This document shows positions 18,073-27,171 of a DNA stretch of 64,000 nucleotides, in pieces (positions within the stretch are counted from its first letter, which is position 1; each line of letters opens with the position of its first letter). Location: NCBI GenBank assembly GCA_965219455.1, contig OZ244744.1:2491587-2555586 (forward strand), read 5' to 3'. The notes under the pieces were generated by a model. The model was given only the letters and a program-made list of their open reading frames with translations, was not told the origin of the DNA and ran no database searches. A program made the position numbers and the translations under genes. The stretch is from Candidatus Latescibacterota bacterium (GTDB lineage Bacteria; Latescibacterota; UBA2968; GCA-2709665).

Positions 18073-18816
18073 CTACCCGGTCTTATCCGCCACCGGGCCG
18101 GATCCCCCCGAACCGGACGATTTTTCAGAGACGTGCCTGAAGAGACGAGCCAGATCTCCTACTTCATCATCACGCTCCAGAAGTTCTTCGCTCGAGGGCT
18201 TTTCCTCGCTTCGATCGTCAGCCAGTTGCACGGCGTAGGCAAGAAGCCCTCCGAGAGGCTTTGCCGCAAGGTTGACCAGCCAGATCGAAGCCAGGACGCC
18301 GACAACGAGAAAAATGCTGATCAGGATGACCTGCTGTCCGATGGCGCGCTGAATCTTGAGCGCAACAATGTCCAGGTCCATACCCACGTGCACCGTGCCG
18401 GCCACCCCAGCCAGGATCGGACTGCCGACTTCCAGGAAATCGCCCAGGCCCGGGATGCTTCGTTCAACCGGTTCGGTGCTGGACGGATCGCTCGCGAGGA
18501 TTTCTTCGGGGATGCCCGGCACAAAGGTATGCGCCAGGTACTCGCCCTTCTCGTTGGTAATATAGATGTAACGGATGCCCTGAATCTCGACGAACTGATC
18601 GATCAGCGACTGCAGTGTCGCAAGATTCCTGTTCAGAAGGATGTCCACGCTGGCGTTGGCGATGGTCTTCGCAATGTCTTTGCTGTTGGTCGCGTACTCC
18701 GCCGACAACTGGGTGTCTACCGTGTAGATGCACAGGATAGACGTCGACAGCACGATCATCCCGAAGAGCGCGAAGATGCCGAACCGGGTCTTCTGAAAGA
18801 GCTTTTGTATCTTCAT
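18073..18816 (-). CDS. Membrane sensor with a periplasmic domain and a HAMP domain but no output domain
   Basis: 247 aa: TM1 (FGIFALFGMIVLSTSILCIY), a periplasmic stretch of about 130 aa, TM2 (VILISIFLVVGVLASIWLV), then HAMP-like NLAAKPLGGLL...RDDEVGDLARLFRHV, and the protein ends. Confidence 0.65.
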   Translation of the reverse strand: MKIQKLFQKTRFGIFALFGMIVLSTSILCIYTVDTQLSAEYATNSKDIAKTIANASVDILLNRNLATLQSLIDQFVEIQGIRYIYITNEKGEYLAHTFVPGIPEEILASDPSSTEPVERSIPGLGDFLEVGSPILAGVAGTVHVGMDLDIVALKIQRAIGQQVILISIFLVVGVLASIWLVNLAAKPLGGLLAYAVQLADDRSEEKPSSEELLERDDEVGDLARLFRHVSEKSSGSGGSGPVADKTG

Positions 18817-18817
18817 T

Positions 18818-20185
18818 TTACGAAAGCCAGCTTTCCCAGTCGCTCAGGGTGACAAAACGGCCGTCCTGTACGACGGTATAGTAGACTGTCTGGAGTCCCT
18901 GTCGACGGTCCGGACCGAAAGAGACCTTTTCGCCGATACCAAGGTCGAAATCCCGTACCGAGAAGACCGCTTCCTCAAGCCCGGCCCTGTTCGGATTCTC
19001 TCCCAGACGCCCGAGAATCTCGGTCATCAGTTTGGCGTCGAGAAAGCCCTCCAGGCTTACGAAGCTATGCGCGAACGGGCTGTAGGGCTCCTTGACAAGC
19101 TCCTCCGGCACTGCGGGGTTGTAGCGCGCCATCAACTCGCGATATTCCCTGACCGCCGGTATGGAAGTGTCTTCATAGCTGGGCACGACCTGAGAGTTGA
19201 CAAGATACCGGGTGTATGTCTCAGGGTCGTCCCGGCCCTCGCTCAGCAGTTGGAGAAGATTCTCGCTTCCGACGAAGGAGAGATTGGCTATGGGAACCTT
19301 AAGCCCAAGGTCGATAGCGTCGCGGGCGAAGGCGGCGCAGGCGGCGTATGATCCAATGCAGATGACGGCGTCCGGAGAAGCGCCCTGCAGGATTTCAACC
19401 TGACTCCTCATGCTTCCGGTGAACCTCTGGCCGCGGTGGTAGGTCGCCTCGCCGGCAAGTTGCTCGCCGTGCGCATCCAGTGCGGCCCTCACTCCAGCCC
19501 ATCCGCTACGGCCGTAGGCGTCGGCCTGATAGAACACGGCAATCCGCTTTCTGCCTGTCCCGATGAAATTATCCACGAGGCCGGCGGTCTCCTGGCGATA
19601 GGACGCCCGAAGGTTGAATGCGAAATCCCCGTACGGCGGCTCCCTCTGCGGCTGGGCGCCGGTAAACGGGAAAAACAGATAGACCCGCTCGTCCTGGAAC
19701 TTCTTCAACAGGGGAAGCGCGCGAGTCACGGTTGGCGTACCAACGTACCCGAAGAGCAGGAACACGCGATCTTCCAGCATGAGTTTCATGGTGTTCTTGA
19801 CGCACGGATCCGGCTGGTAACCGTCGTCGTAAAGCCTGAAGACAACCTGACGGCCGCCAATGCCTCCATTATCATTGACGTGGCTGAAGTAGGACTTCGC
19901 TCCCCGATAGAGTTCGCTGCCCAGCCCTCGCGACGGTCCGGAAAACGCGGCCGACATGCCCAGGACGATTTCGCCGCTGGCCACGCCTTCCGAGCCTTCG
20001 CCACTGCTCGGATTGTCTGCTGAAACCCTGTCTGATCCTCCTGTTTCGGCTCCGACGTTCCTCCAACTTCCCCAGGTTATCGCCAGAAGCCCGATAAGGC
20101 CTCGGCCGAGCAGCGACCTGCGCGTCAGGACCCGTGCCGGTCCTTTCTGCAAGGGGTCTCCGTCGGCACAATTAAGAATGTTCAT
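18818..20185 (-). CDS. Type-1 periplasmic binding protein (Leu/Ile/Val- or amide-binding family), Tat-like signal
   Basis: TRRSLLGRGLIGLLAI; GMSAAFSGPSRGLGSELYRG...GGIGGRQVVFRLYDDGYQP is typical of the PBP1 N-lobe. Its stop lies 1 nt from the start of the HAMP gene. Confidence 0.75.
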   Translation of the reverse strand: MNILNCADGDPLQKGPARVLTRRSLLGRGLIGLLAITWGSWRNVGAETGGSDRVSADNPSSGEGSEGVASGEIVLGMSAAFSGPSRGLGSELYRGAKSYFSHVNDNGGIGGRQVVFRLYDDGYQPDPCVKNTMKLMLEDRVFLLFGYVGTPTVTRALPLLKKFQDERVYLFFPFTGAQPQREPPYGDFAFNLRASYRQETAGLVDNFIGTGRKRIAVFYQADAYGRSGWAGVRAALDAHGEQLAGEATYHRGQRFTGSMRSQVEILQGASPDAVICIGSYAACAAFARDAIDLGLKVPIANLSFVGSENLLQLLSEGRDDPETYTRYLVNSQVVPSYEDTSIPAVREYRELMARYNPAVPEELVKEPYSPFAHSFVSLEGFLDAKLMTEILGRLGENPNRAGLEEAVFSVRDFDLGIGEKVSFGPDRRQGLQTVYYTVVQDGRFVTLSDWESWLS

Positions 20186-20266
20186 TCCGTTCCTCGCCAG
20201 CTGAAATACGATCTTGCTTGAATCCCCGCGGCTTCCGCGTCAATTCGAACGCGGGCCGATAGATCC

Positions 20267-21388
20267 TTAAAAATTATAGGTAAAATGGATGTCCAGCCGG
20301 TTGGCGATCCCGTCGTTCGGCCCCTTGTAGGTGGTTTTCCAATAAAGGTATTCAACCGCCACCTGGAATGGCTTCCACGGCCGGTAACGGCCCACCGCGT
20401 AGTAAGCACCGTTTCTGGTGCGCCCACCATCGGGCACTGCCTCCTTATCCGGCTGCTCCATCGTCGCCCCGGCGTACAGCTTCCATTGGGCATTGGGAAT
20501 GACAACGATCTGGGCCCAACCCCCGGTGGACGCGATCTCCTCGCCAGTCGAAGTGTTGACCCCCTGGCCGATGCCGCCGCGAATATCGGTAAGATTCCTG
20601 CCTGTCCAGGCCTCGCCCTGAATAGCAAGTTGATCGGTCAGGGAGACCGATGCGTCAACGCCCACCGCGACCGAGGTAAAACGGGTCTTGTTGTCTCCGC
20701 CTACCGGGGAGCCTGTCGCCTCCGTACCCCAATGGGCCCAGGCGCCGGCCTTGAATTTTGGTTGCTCCAGCCCCAACCGCCCCTGCAGAAAGGGCCGCGC
20801 GGCATCCCAACCGTCCAGAATGCCATTCTTGTCCAGGTCTTTCTTGTCCACCGCCCCTGTCTGGCCTGCCGCCACCGCAAGGGAAACGCCGCCTTCCGGT
20901 TTGAACGTGAGCCGCACCTGGGGATGCCGGTCGCCCAGGTTGCCCGCGTGCCACATCAGGCCATCATTATTGGCGATCGGAAAGATCGGCGAAATCACGT
21001 CCCAGGCCTGGCCGGCGAGTAAGTGCCAATCCCCCCTTTGCAGATTGAAATAGGCCTGCCGGAGGCGCAGAATCTGGCGCGATTCGCTGCCGCCGTTCTG
21101 GAAATCCACCTCGACGAGGCCACTTATGGTGGAAACTTCGTCCAATTTCACAGGCTTGAACCTGACCCCCAGGCGGGTGAGACGCGGGTACATGGTCAAA
21201 TTGCCATCGTCTTCGGCGTCAGGCGGCTCCGGCTTTACCCAGAAACCGAACTGGTGACTTTGCATCCTGGAATCGTCGATAACGGCGTCGAAACGGACGA
21301 ATCCGTAGATCGTGAATTCTCCGGCAAGAGCCTGATCCACAACACCCAGCAGGCAGCCCAGTACAGCTGCGGCAACTACCTTCTTCAA
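20267..21388 (-). CDS. Outer-membrane beta-barrel porin
   Basis: Signal MKKVVAAAVLGCLLGVVDQALA, an alternating beta-strand pattern, and a C-terminal ...LDIHFTYNF ending in an aromatic residue. Confidence 0.6.
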   Translation of the reverse strand: MKKVVAAAVLGCLLGVVDQALAGEFTIYGFVRFDAVIDDSRMQSHQFGFWVKPEPPDAEDDGNLTMYPRLTRLGVRFKPVKLDEVSTISGLVEVDFQNGGSESRQILRLRQAYFNLQRGDWHLLAGQAWDVISPIFPIANNDGLMWHAGNLGDRHPQVRLTFKPEGGVSLAVAAGQTGAVDKKDLDKNGILDGWDAARPFLQGRLGLEQPKFKAGAWAHWGTEATGSPVGGDNKTRFTSVAVGVDASVSLTDQLAIQGEAWTGRNLTDIRGGIGQGVNTSTGEEIASTGGWAQIVVIPNAQWKLYAGATMEQPDKEAVPDGGRTRNGAYYAVGRYRPWKPFQVAVEYLYWKTTYKGPNDGIANRLDIHFTYNF

Positions 21389-21544
21389 GTATCGCTCCTT
21401 AACAAATAACGTTCCTGTGCTGAGACGGACCTTATGCGCTCCGAGCGTCGAATTCCTCCTGGCGAGAAGGGAGAGGAATGGTCGGACGCCAGCAACGAAA
21501 TGCCGGCATTACCTGAAATTCCTTTCGACTCCTGCCCAAAGGGT

Positions 21545-21778
21545 CTATTCTTCTGTGGCCTCTTCCGCCCCGTCGTCGTCTTGAACGGGGGTTCGTTCAA
21601 CGTATGATCGGCCCTTTTTGACGGCCTTATCGACACTGCGGCGAACGGATTCGCGGGATTCGACGCCGCTCCGGGGCGCCAGCAAAACGCCGGCTGTCAG
21701 TCCAAGGACGATGCCTGCCAACACGCCGGCGCCGAATACACTAAGACAAAGTCCTGCAGTATCTGCATTGCGATCCAT
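21545..21778 (-). CDS. YtxH-domain small membrane/stress protein
   Basis: GAGVLAGIVLGLTAGVLLAPRSGVESRESVRRSVDKA matches the YtxH pattern. Confidence 0.6.
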   Translation of the reverse strand: MDRNADTAGLCLSVFGAGVLAGIVLGLTAGVLLAPRSGVESRESVRRSVDKAVKKGRSYVERTPVQDDDGAEEATEE

Positions 21779-22291
21779 GGAAGCCTCCTCGTCGGTTCAT
21801 GGTGAATATTGATTCACGGTGAGTGATCGTGGCTATCGTACAGCCCGGAAATATCAGACCGGACGCCAGTGGCGAGACCCGGTCGTTTTTAACTCATGAT
21901 TTTCAGGGGGCCAATGACGAATGAATACCTGGGAATTCGCGGCGGTGTCGTGTGTTCGCATTCCTCCCAAGGCGAGATTTGCAAACAAAAACGGGCACTT
22001 GTGGCAGATCCCCACAAAATCGCCTTTGGGTCGGAATCTCCCAAGAACCCCTAATTTATAATGCAAAGCATCAGTTTAGTCAATGCATTTGGCTAAATTT
22101 GCTGCGAAAAGGCACGGGTAGTTCAAGATAACGAAGAAGAAATGCCCGCAGGTCTCATTGATGTTACCATTTCTGCAGAAATCTTCCGATCCGTTTATTC
22201 TTGAGGACGCAAAACCCCTGCCGACGTGAACCATGGATGTCGCAGGCTGTCGTTCCAGTGCACGCTTCCGTGCCTTGTGGCCGGCGAACTT

Positions 22292-22450
22292 CTATAGCCC
22301 GCCTTCGACGTGTACCGTAATAATGTCAATGCCGTGATATTTCCGGTGGCGCACCGAAGACGCGTAATGCCGCAGCAGGCGAAGCGGATGTTCTCATTTT
22401 CGCGTGTCAACTCAGAGGCCATCTGTCCCTCGCGGTCGGCCCGGCTGTGA
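22292..22450 (-). pseudogene. Relic of a paralog of the NCS2-permease C-terminal extension
   Basis: The minus strand reads ...RLLRHYASSVRHRKYHGIDIITVHVEGGL* against the permease tail RLLRHYASSVRHQKYHDMDIITVRVEGTS*. In that frame a TGA lies just upstream, and the homologous upstream part (EGQMASELTRENENIRF against EDRLAYLSEQPELMDEHEISFR) is in another frame. Confidence 0.7.
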
Positions 22451-22630
22451 CCCATTGCCGTTCAATAGTCCCACGGAATCCGATACGGATGCGTAAACTC
22501 TCCCGGTTCGTCCAGCGCGATTTCGTATGCCGCCAGGTTCTCCGTTCGCACCCCTGGATAGGCGCCCCTCTCCGGCGTGCCGTTAGAGCGGCGCCGACGT
22601 TCCGGATCGTGTATGGGCATCGGACCCCTC

Positions 22631-23902
22631 TCAACGACCGTAAAACCAATCCAGCGGATAAACGCGCAACACCAGTTCCCCGGGTTTTCTGGCCGTACGC
22701 TTCCGTTCTCCGAGTGTCACGGCCTCACCTGTATCCTCATCCGCCTCCACCCAACTCCGATGATACATCAGCAGCACCCGGTCGCCGTGAAACCACACGT
22801 TTGCGTAATCGAAGGTCGCGAAATCCTCGGGCAGCGTCCCCAGCTCCGGGAGCGCAACGACGGGGCTGACCGGATACTGAGGCGAAACCCGTGCCACGTC
22901 TTCCATCCCGCCGCTGAGTTCGATCGTCCTGAAGTGAGACCAACTGGCCCCGCTATCGCTCGAAACCGCCGCCGACAATCTTCCCCGCCGATACCCTCTC
23001 AAGATCTCCTCTCGGGACGTCTGGTTCCAGACGCACAACAAATCCCCAGTACCCGGAATCCGCCTGAGCCTGGGCGGCGAATACGAAGCGGCAAGATCGC
23101 CTGGCATCACGGGCGTCCAGGTCTCACCACCGTCCTCGCTGTAACTCTGCACCAGCCGCCCCACCGTGGACCTCGCCATCATCATCAACCGTCCGTCGGG
23201 ACACACCGCCACGCCCGGCTCATCCACCGCTGTAATGCCTCCACGACCGTTCGGAATGCCCTCGGCGTCGAACCACCCCATCAACTGGCCCCGGCATATC
23301 TTCCATGTGCGGCCTTCGTCGTCAGAATAACTCACCGAGGCAATATCCACCTCCGGGTAATGGTAGTGTCCACTCACCTGGATGCGCCGGCCTTTCCAAT
23401 ACCCGTAGCTGCTCACCCGCTCGTATTCCAACCCGGCGTGATGGTTGTTGCTGTGGCAGATCCGGCTCGGCATTACCATCCGCCCGTTCGGCATCTGAAT
23501 CATCGTATCGTAATACGGCCCCCCGAGCAGATTCATCGGCCACTCTCCGGACCAGGACCTGCCTTCGTCGTCCGACACCGACAGAAAAAACGGATTCCAG
23601 TTGAACATCTCGGACCCACGATGCCTATTTCTGCTCCCGAGGTGCGCGAGGGCAAGCCGGCCCGACTGCAACCGGATGCACGACAGGCAGGACGTTTCTC
23701 CAAGCGAATCCCAATCGGGCGCTTCCGCCTTGTCCCAGGTCAACCCCGAATCTCCGGACCCGTAACATCTGCGTCCCGCAATCATCAACAGCCCGTTCCC
23801 CACTTCCACAACCGCAGTCGCACTACCTGCGCCCACCCCGATATGTTCTATAACGCCTTCAGGCAAAGGCTTCCGAAATATCGGCTTTTTTGGATCGGTC
23901 AT
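22631..23902 (-). CDS. BNR/Asp-box repeat glycoside hydrolase (sialidase-like beta-propeller)
   Basis: Five Asp-boxes: SGDSGLTW, SDDEGRSW, SDDEGRTW, SEDGGETW, SSDSGASW. Confidence 0.8.
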   Translation of the reverse strand: MTDPKKPIFRKPLPEGVIEHIGVGAGSATAVVEVGNGLLMIAGRRCYGSGDSGLTWDKAEAPDWDSLGETSCLSCIRLQSGRLALAHLGSRNRHRGSEMFNWNPFFLSVSDDEGRSWSGEWPMNLLGGPYYDTMIQMPNGRMVMPSRICHSNNHHAGLEYERVSSYGYWKGRRIQVSGHYHYPEVDIASVSYSDDEGRTWKICRGQLMGWFDAEGIPNGRGGITAVDEPGVAVCPDGRLMMMARSTVGRLVQSYSEDGGETWTPVMPGDLAASYSPPRLRRIPGTGDLLCVWNQTSREEILRGYRRGRLSAAVSSDSGASWSHFRTIELSGGMEDVARVSPQYPVSPVVALPELGTLPEDFATFDYANVWFHGDRVLLMYHRSWVEADEDTGEAVTLGERKRTARKPGELVLRVYPLDWFYGR

Positions 23903-24077
23903 GCTTATGTCCTCCAGGTCTCGCGGCGTTGCTTGCGCTGAGCTTGTCGAAGTGCCTTCGCTCGCCGAACTTACCCAGGTCGCCTGCGTTCAGGCGTCTT
24001 GCGAGACGGGCGACTCGACGGCCGAATTTTGGCAACTTATTTCCGGGACAGAACACCAGGGGCGCAAGTACCATCCG

Positions 24078-25460
24078 CTACCGGAAGCGTATGGCGTAGA
24101 GGTCGGCCTCCTTCATCGCCACGCGAAGACGCACCGGCCTTCCGGCCAGCGCAGACACGTCGGAGCCGCTGTCCCAGCTGACCGCCCGCACAATCTCGTC
24201 TCCAAAGATCTCGGCGCTTTCGGAGAGCGTGTGGCCCTCGATGGGGCTGCCCTGTTCGTCCTGCATCTCGAACCGGATTTCGCCGGCCACCGAGGTCGAG
24301 TAGTTGATAACCAGCTCACTGCCAGCGAAGGTGAAGGGCTTGGTTACGAACTCGCCGCCGCCGAAGGGTGCGTTGACGGAGACGAAACCGTCGGTCCGAA
24401 GGACGCCTCGACGGAGCCGGCACGTCGGGTTCCGGTAGTTCTCTACGTAGTAGATCGAGATCTCCTCGGCCCCGGTGGGCACAACGCCGACGCCGGCGGC
24501 CATATTCCGCTCATTCCAGTTCCTCGAGTCAAGGCCTGGACGGATGAACGGACCCATAAACCGGCGATCCCACCGGACGCCGTCCCGGCTGGTCATCAAG
24601 ACCCCCTCGGACAGGCCGTCGGACACCCAGTCCTTGTGGAACTTCCGGCCAAGCCTAAGCCGCTTGGGGAACATCAGGTAGACGTGGGGAGCGCGGAAGT
24701 ATAGGGTCGCTGCGTTGGTGTACAGGTGCTCCTTCTGCCTTCCGCCCATGTCGATCAGCTCCGGCACGGTCCAGTCCAGGAAGTCGTCCGACTCGGCCCT
24801 CCGAATCGACCGGTATACGCCACCCTGAGCGGGGTCTCCGCTACGATCGCAATCGGGCGTGAAACCCCTCAAGTAGCTGACGTACTTGCGAATATTGACG
24901 TCCCAGAAGGCCACGTTGGGTGAGTCGAAGCTGGTGTGGTCGTCGGGTGGCGCATGTAGGATCGGCCCGTCCTGGATCAGCTCCCAATGGATGCCGTCGG
25001 GCGAACCATAGCCGTAAATCGTGGCGCGCTCGTCCAGCTTTTCGCCCCTCAGGAAGCCCTTGTACCGCTGTGAGTCCGGCGCGGCCGGATTGGGATCCTT
25101 GAAGACGCAGGCGTTCCAGTGCGCGGCCCCCATGACGATGTTGTTCTCCTTCGAGCCCTCGAACTCGTGCAGCCCGAGGGTTGGACGCTCGAAGTGGATG
25201 CCGTCGGGGCTTTCGGCGTAACAGGTCGTCCGGTTCGTTCCCTCAGGGCCGGTGGCGCGGTACCAGAGGCGGTAGCGCCCGTCGTCGAGGATGACGTTGG
25301 CGACCCACGACGTCTGCCCTTCCCAGGGTTGGTCGAAATCGAGGACGACCTCAGCCGGCACCGGAGGATGGAGCTTGAGGCTTGTGTCCGTCATTGTGTC
25401 GATCAGCCAGTCGTCGACGAATAGCTCAAGCCTGGAGCGTATGTCTCTGGTGCCGGCCAT
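24078..25460 (-). CDS. Putative beta-propeller glycoside hydrolase; family not resolved
   Basis: 460 aa with repeated W..Y....G/DG.HW motifs (RLWYRATGPEG, SPDGIHFERP, SPDGIHWELI, SRDGVRWDRR), as in GH32/43/130-like folds. Confidence 0.45.
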   Translation of the reverse strand: MAGTRDIRSRLELFVDDWLIDTMTDTSLKLHPPVPAEVVLDFDQPWEGQTSWVANVILDDGRYRLWYRATGPEGTNRTTCYAESPDGIHFERPTLGLHEFEGSKENNIVMGAAHWNACVFKDPNPAAPDSQRYKGFLRGEKLDERATIYGYGSPDGIHWELIQDGPILHAPPDDHTSFDSPNVAFWDVNIRKYVSYLRGFTPDCDRSGDPAQGGVYRSIRRAESDDFLDWTVPELIDMGGRQKEHLYTNAATLYFRAPHVYLMFPKRLRLGRKFHKDWVSDGLSEGVLMTSRDGVRWDRRFMGPFIRPGLDSRNWNERNMAAGVGVVPTGAEEISIYYVENYRNPTCRLRRGVLRTDGFVSVNAPFGGGEFVTKPFTFAGSELVINYSTSVAGEIRFEMQDEQGSPIEGHTLSESAEIFGDEIVRAVSWDSGSDVSALAGRPVRLRVAMKEADLYAIRFR

Positions 25461-25683
25461 GGATCATCCTCCTGTCACGCCGCTGATGGCTCATTATGAT
25501 ACACGCCGATGCCTTAACTTCCGGCGGATCGGCGGTCAAGTCCCCCGCGGCGGCCACGGACATCCGGCCGTCTATCACACAGACGGGGTCCTTCCCAAAC
25601 TCACATCCGGTCGCCCAAATCACTACCGTGAGTGTCGATCTCGCAAGACGACCATGTATTGCGGCGTCCCGACGACTTGCCGG

Positions 25684-26907
25684 CTAATTCCAATCGACCG
25701 GTGACTTCAGCACACCCAACACCGCCCTCCTCACCCGATCCAGACCCTGAATCGCGTTCCAGCGTCGAACCAGGTCAGAATCATCGAATCGTCGCCCCTG
25801 CTCATCCGTCTTCTGATCTCCGGGCCCACGCACCGCAATAACTGTGGATTTCCCGTTGCAAGGGCCGATCATCGCCAGCCCAACGCCGCCTTCAGGCGCG
25901 ACCCTCGCCGCCAGCAGTCCCGCCAGCGTCGGGTCGTCGATCACTTGTGACAAGTCCGTGCGCGCGGCCGCCAGCGCCTGCTCGGCGTCGCGCCCATTAA
26001 GGTCCGCCAAAACCACGCTTCCGAACCCAGCTTCGTTCAACTCCCGGCAGATTTGTCCCCCGGTAAGCGTATCCACCACCCCCAGCTTCAGATCCCGTTG
26101 CGCCAGCAGCCTGCCCACAACCTCGGCCACCGTTTCTTTCTCCTCACCATAGACCGCCACACCCAACCGATTCCGGAGTTCGAGTTCCATACCGGCAATC
26201 AGCGCATCCGCTTCCGCCTCCGATTCGGCTCTGGCTGTCACGCGAACGTCCGTCTGCCCCGCATGCGCGGCCAGACCTACCGACGGGTTCGACGACGCCA
26301 TCAGGTCCCCGATCCCCCGGTCGATATTGCTCTCCCCTACCGCGCAGGTCCGGAGTACCCGCACCCGGATGACCTTCACACCGCCCATTCGATACACCAG
26401 TATCGGGACGACGGTATGCTCCATCATATGCGCCAATTCCCGGGGAACACCGGGCAGGCAGACAATGAATCCCCGCCCCTTCGTGTCTTCGCTCAGAAAA
26501 CACGGCGCCGTTCCGACGGGATTCTCCAGCGGCAGCGCTCCCGCAGGAAGATACGCCTGCCGCTTGTTATTCGCGGCCATCTTCCGCCCGAAACTGCGGA
26601 ACCGGGCGGCAATCTGCCCCTCCAGTTCCTCGCTGTATATCAGCTTCCGCCCCGTCGCACGCGCGATCGCCTGCCGGGTCACGTCATCCACTGTCGGCCC
26701 GATGCCCCCCGACGTAATCACCACGTTCGACCGATCCAACGCAAGGTTGAGTACCTGCGTTATGCGATTCTCGTTGTCTCCGACGGTGGTCTTGTAATAA
26801 AGGTCCATACCGATGTTCCGGAGCGCCACGGCCAGCAGATTCGCATTCGTATCGACAATCTCTCCCAGAAGAAGCTCGGTTCCAATCATGACGATCTCTG
26901 CACGCAC
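25684..26907 (-). CDS. cinA: CinA-family protein (MoCF-binding domain plus CinA/PncC-like C-terminal domain)
   Basis: MRAEIVMIGTELLLGEIVDTNANLLA...VVITSGGIGPTVDDVTRQAIA...NPVGTAPCF. Confidence 0.85.
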   Translation of the reverse strand: MRAEIVMIGTELLLGEIVDTNANLLAVALRNIGMDLYYKTTVGDNENRITQVLNLALDRSNVVITSGGIGPTVDDVTRQAIARATGRKLIYSEELEGQIAARFRSFGRKMAANNKRQAYLPAGALPLENPVGTAPCFLSEDTKGRGFIVCLPGVPRELAHMMEHTVVPILVYRMGGVKVIRVRVLRTCAVGESNIDRGIGDLMASSNPSVGLAAHAGQTDVRVTARAESEAEADALIAGMELELRNRLGVAVYGEEKETVAEVVGRLLAQRDLKLGVVDTLTGGQICRELNEAGFGSVVLADLNGRDAEQALAAARTDLSQVIDDPTLAGLLAARVAPEGGVGLAMIGPCNGKSTVIAVRGPGDQKTDEQGRRFDDSDLVRRWNAIQGLDRVRRAVLGVLKSPVDWN

Positions 26908-26968
26908 ATCTCCCCCTTGGGTGACCTTTCATCGTCTTGCGTCTTCCCGAACGAGACCTACCCCCTAA

Positions 26969-27076
26969 CCCCCTTCCTGAAGGAAGGGGGAACGGTGATT
27001 GGCCAATTTATCGGCGAGGCGACTCCTGGTTTACCTCCCCCTTTCCTTTAGGAGAGGGGGCCGGGGGGAGAGGTCC
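26969..27076. repeat. Dispersed hairpin repeat family F1, copy A (27037-27076), plus a variant hairpin (26969-26990)
   Basis: CCCCCTTTCC-TTTA-GGAGAGGGGG followed by CCGGGGGGAGAGGTCC. The variant is CCCCCTTCC-TGAA-GGAAGGGGG. Confidence 0.85.
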
Positions 27077-27134
27077 GCCATTCGCGGTCGCCCACGTAAC
27101 GGCGTTGACGTCACCTGATACGGTTTTTGCTTTT

Positions 27135-27167
27135 AGCTGACTGCTGAGAGCTGAAAGCTGACGGCTG
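27135..27167. repeat. AGCTGA-rich short repeat family F2
   Basis: agctgactgctgagagctgaaagctgacggctg. Related tracts lie at 36151-36185, 40256-40290 and 58627-58681. Confidence 0.75.
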
Positions 27168-27171
27168 CATT

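Noticed and set aside
22462-22620. A 52-aa minus-strand ORF (MPIHDPERRRRSNGTPERGAYPGV...HPYRIPWDY) just downstream of the sialidase-like gene.
   Set aside because: I recognised no family and saw no obvious SD. It lies in a region that also holds a gene relic, so it could be another fragment. There is not enough evidence to annotate it.
22577-23941. A 454-aa plus-strand ORF overlapping the sialidase-like gene, and similar shadow ORFs opposite most minus-strand genes (e.g. 18046..18852, 26053..27051, 27385..28287, 31613..32434, 34259..35080).
   Set aside because: They lack recognisable motifs and are Arg/Pro-rich. The opposite strand encodes proteins with strong family signatures: Asp-boxes, HAMP, CinA, TPP, Walker motifs and the PLP fold.
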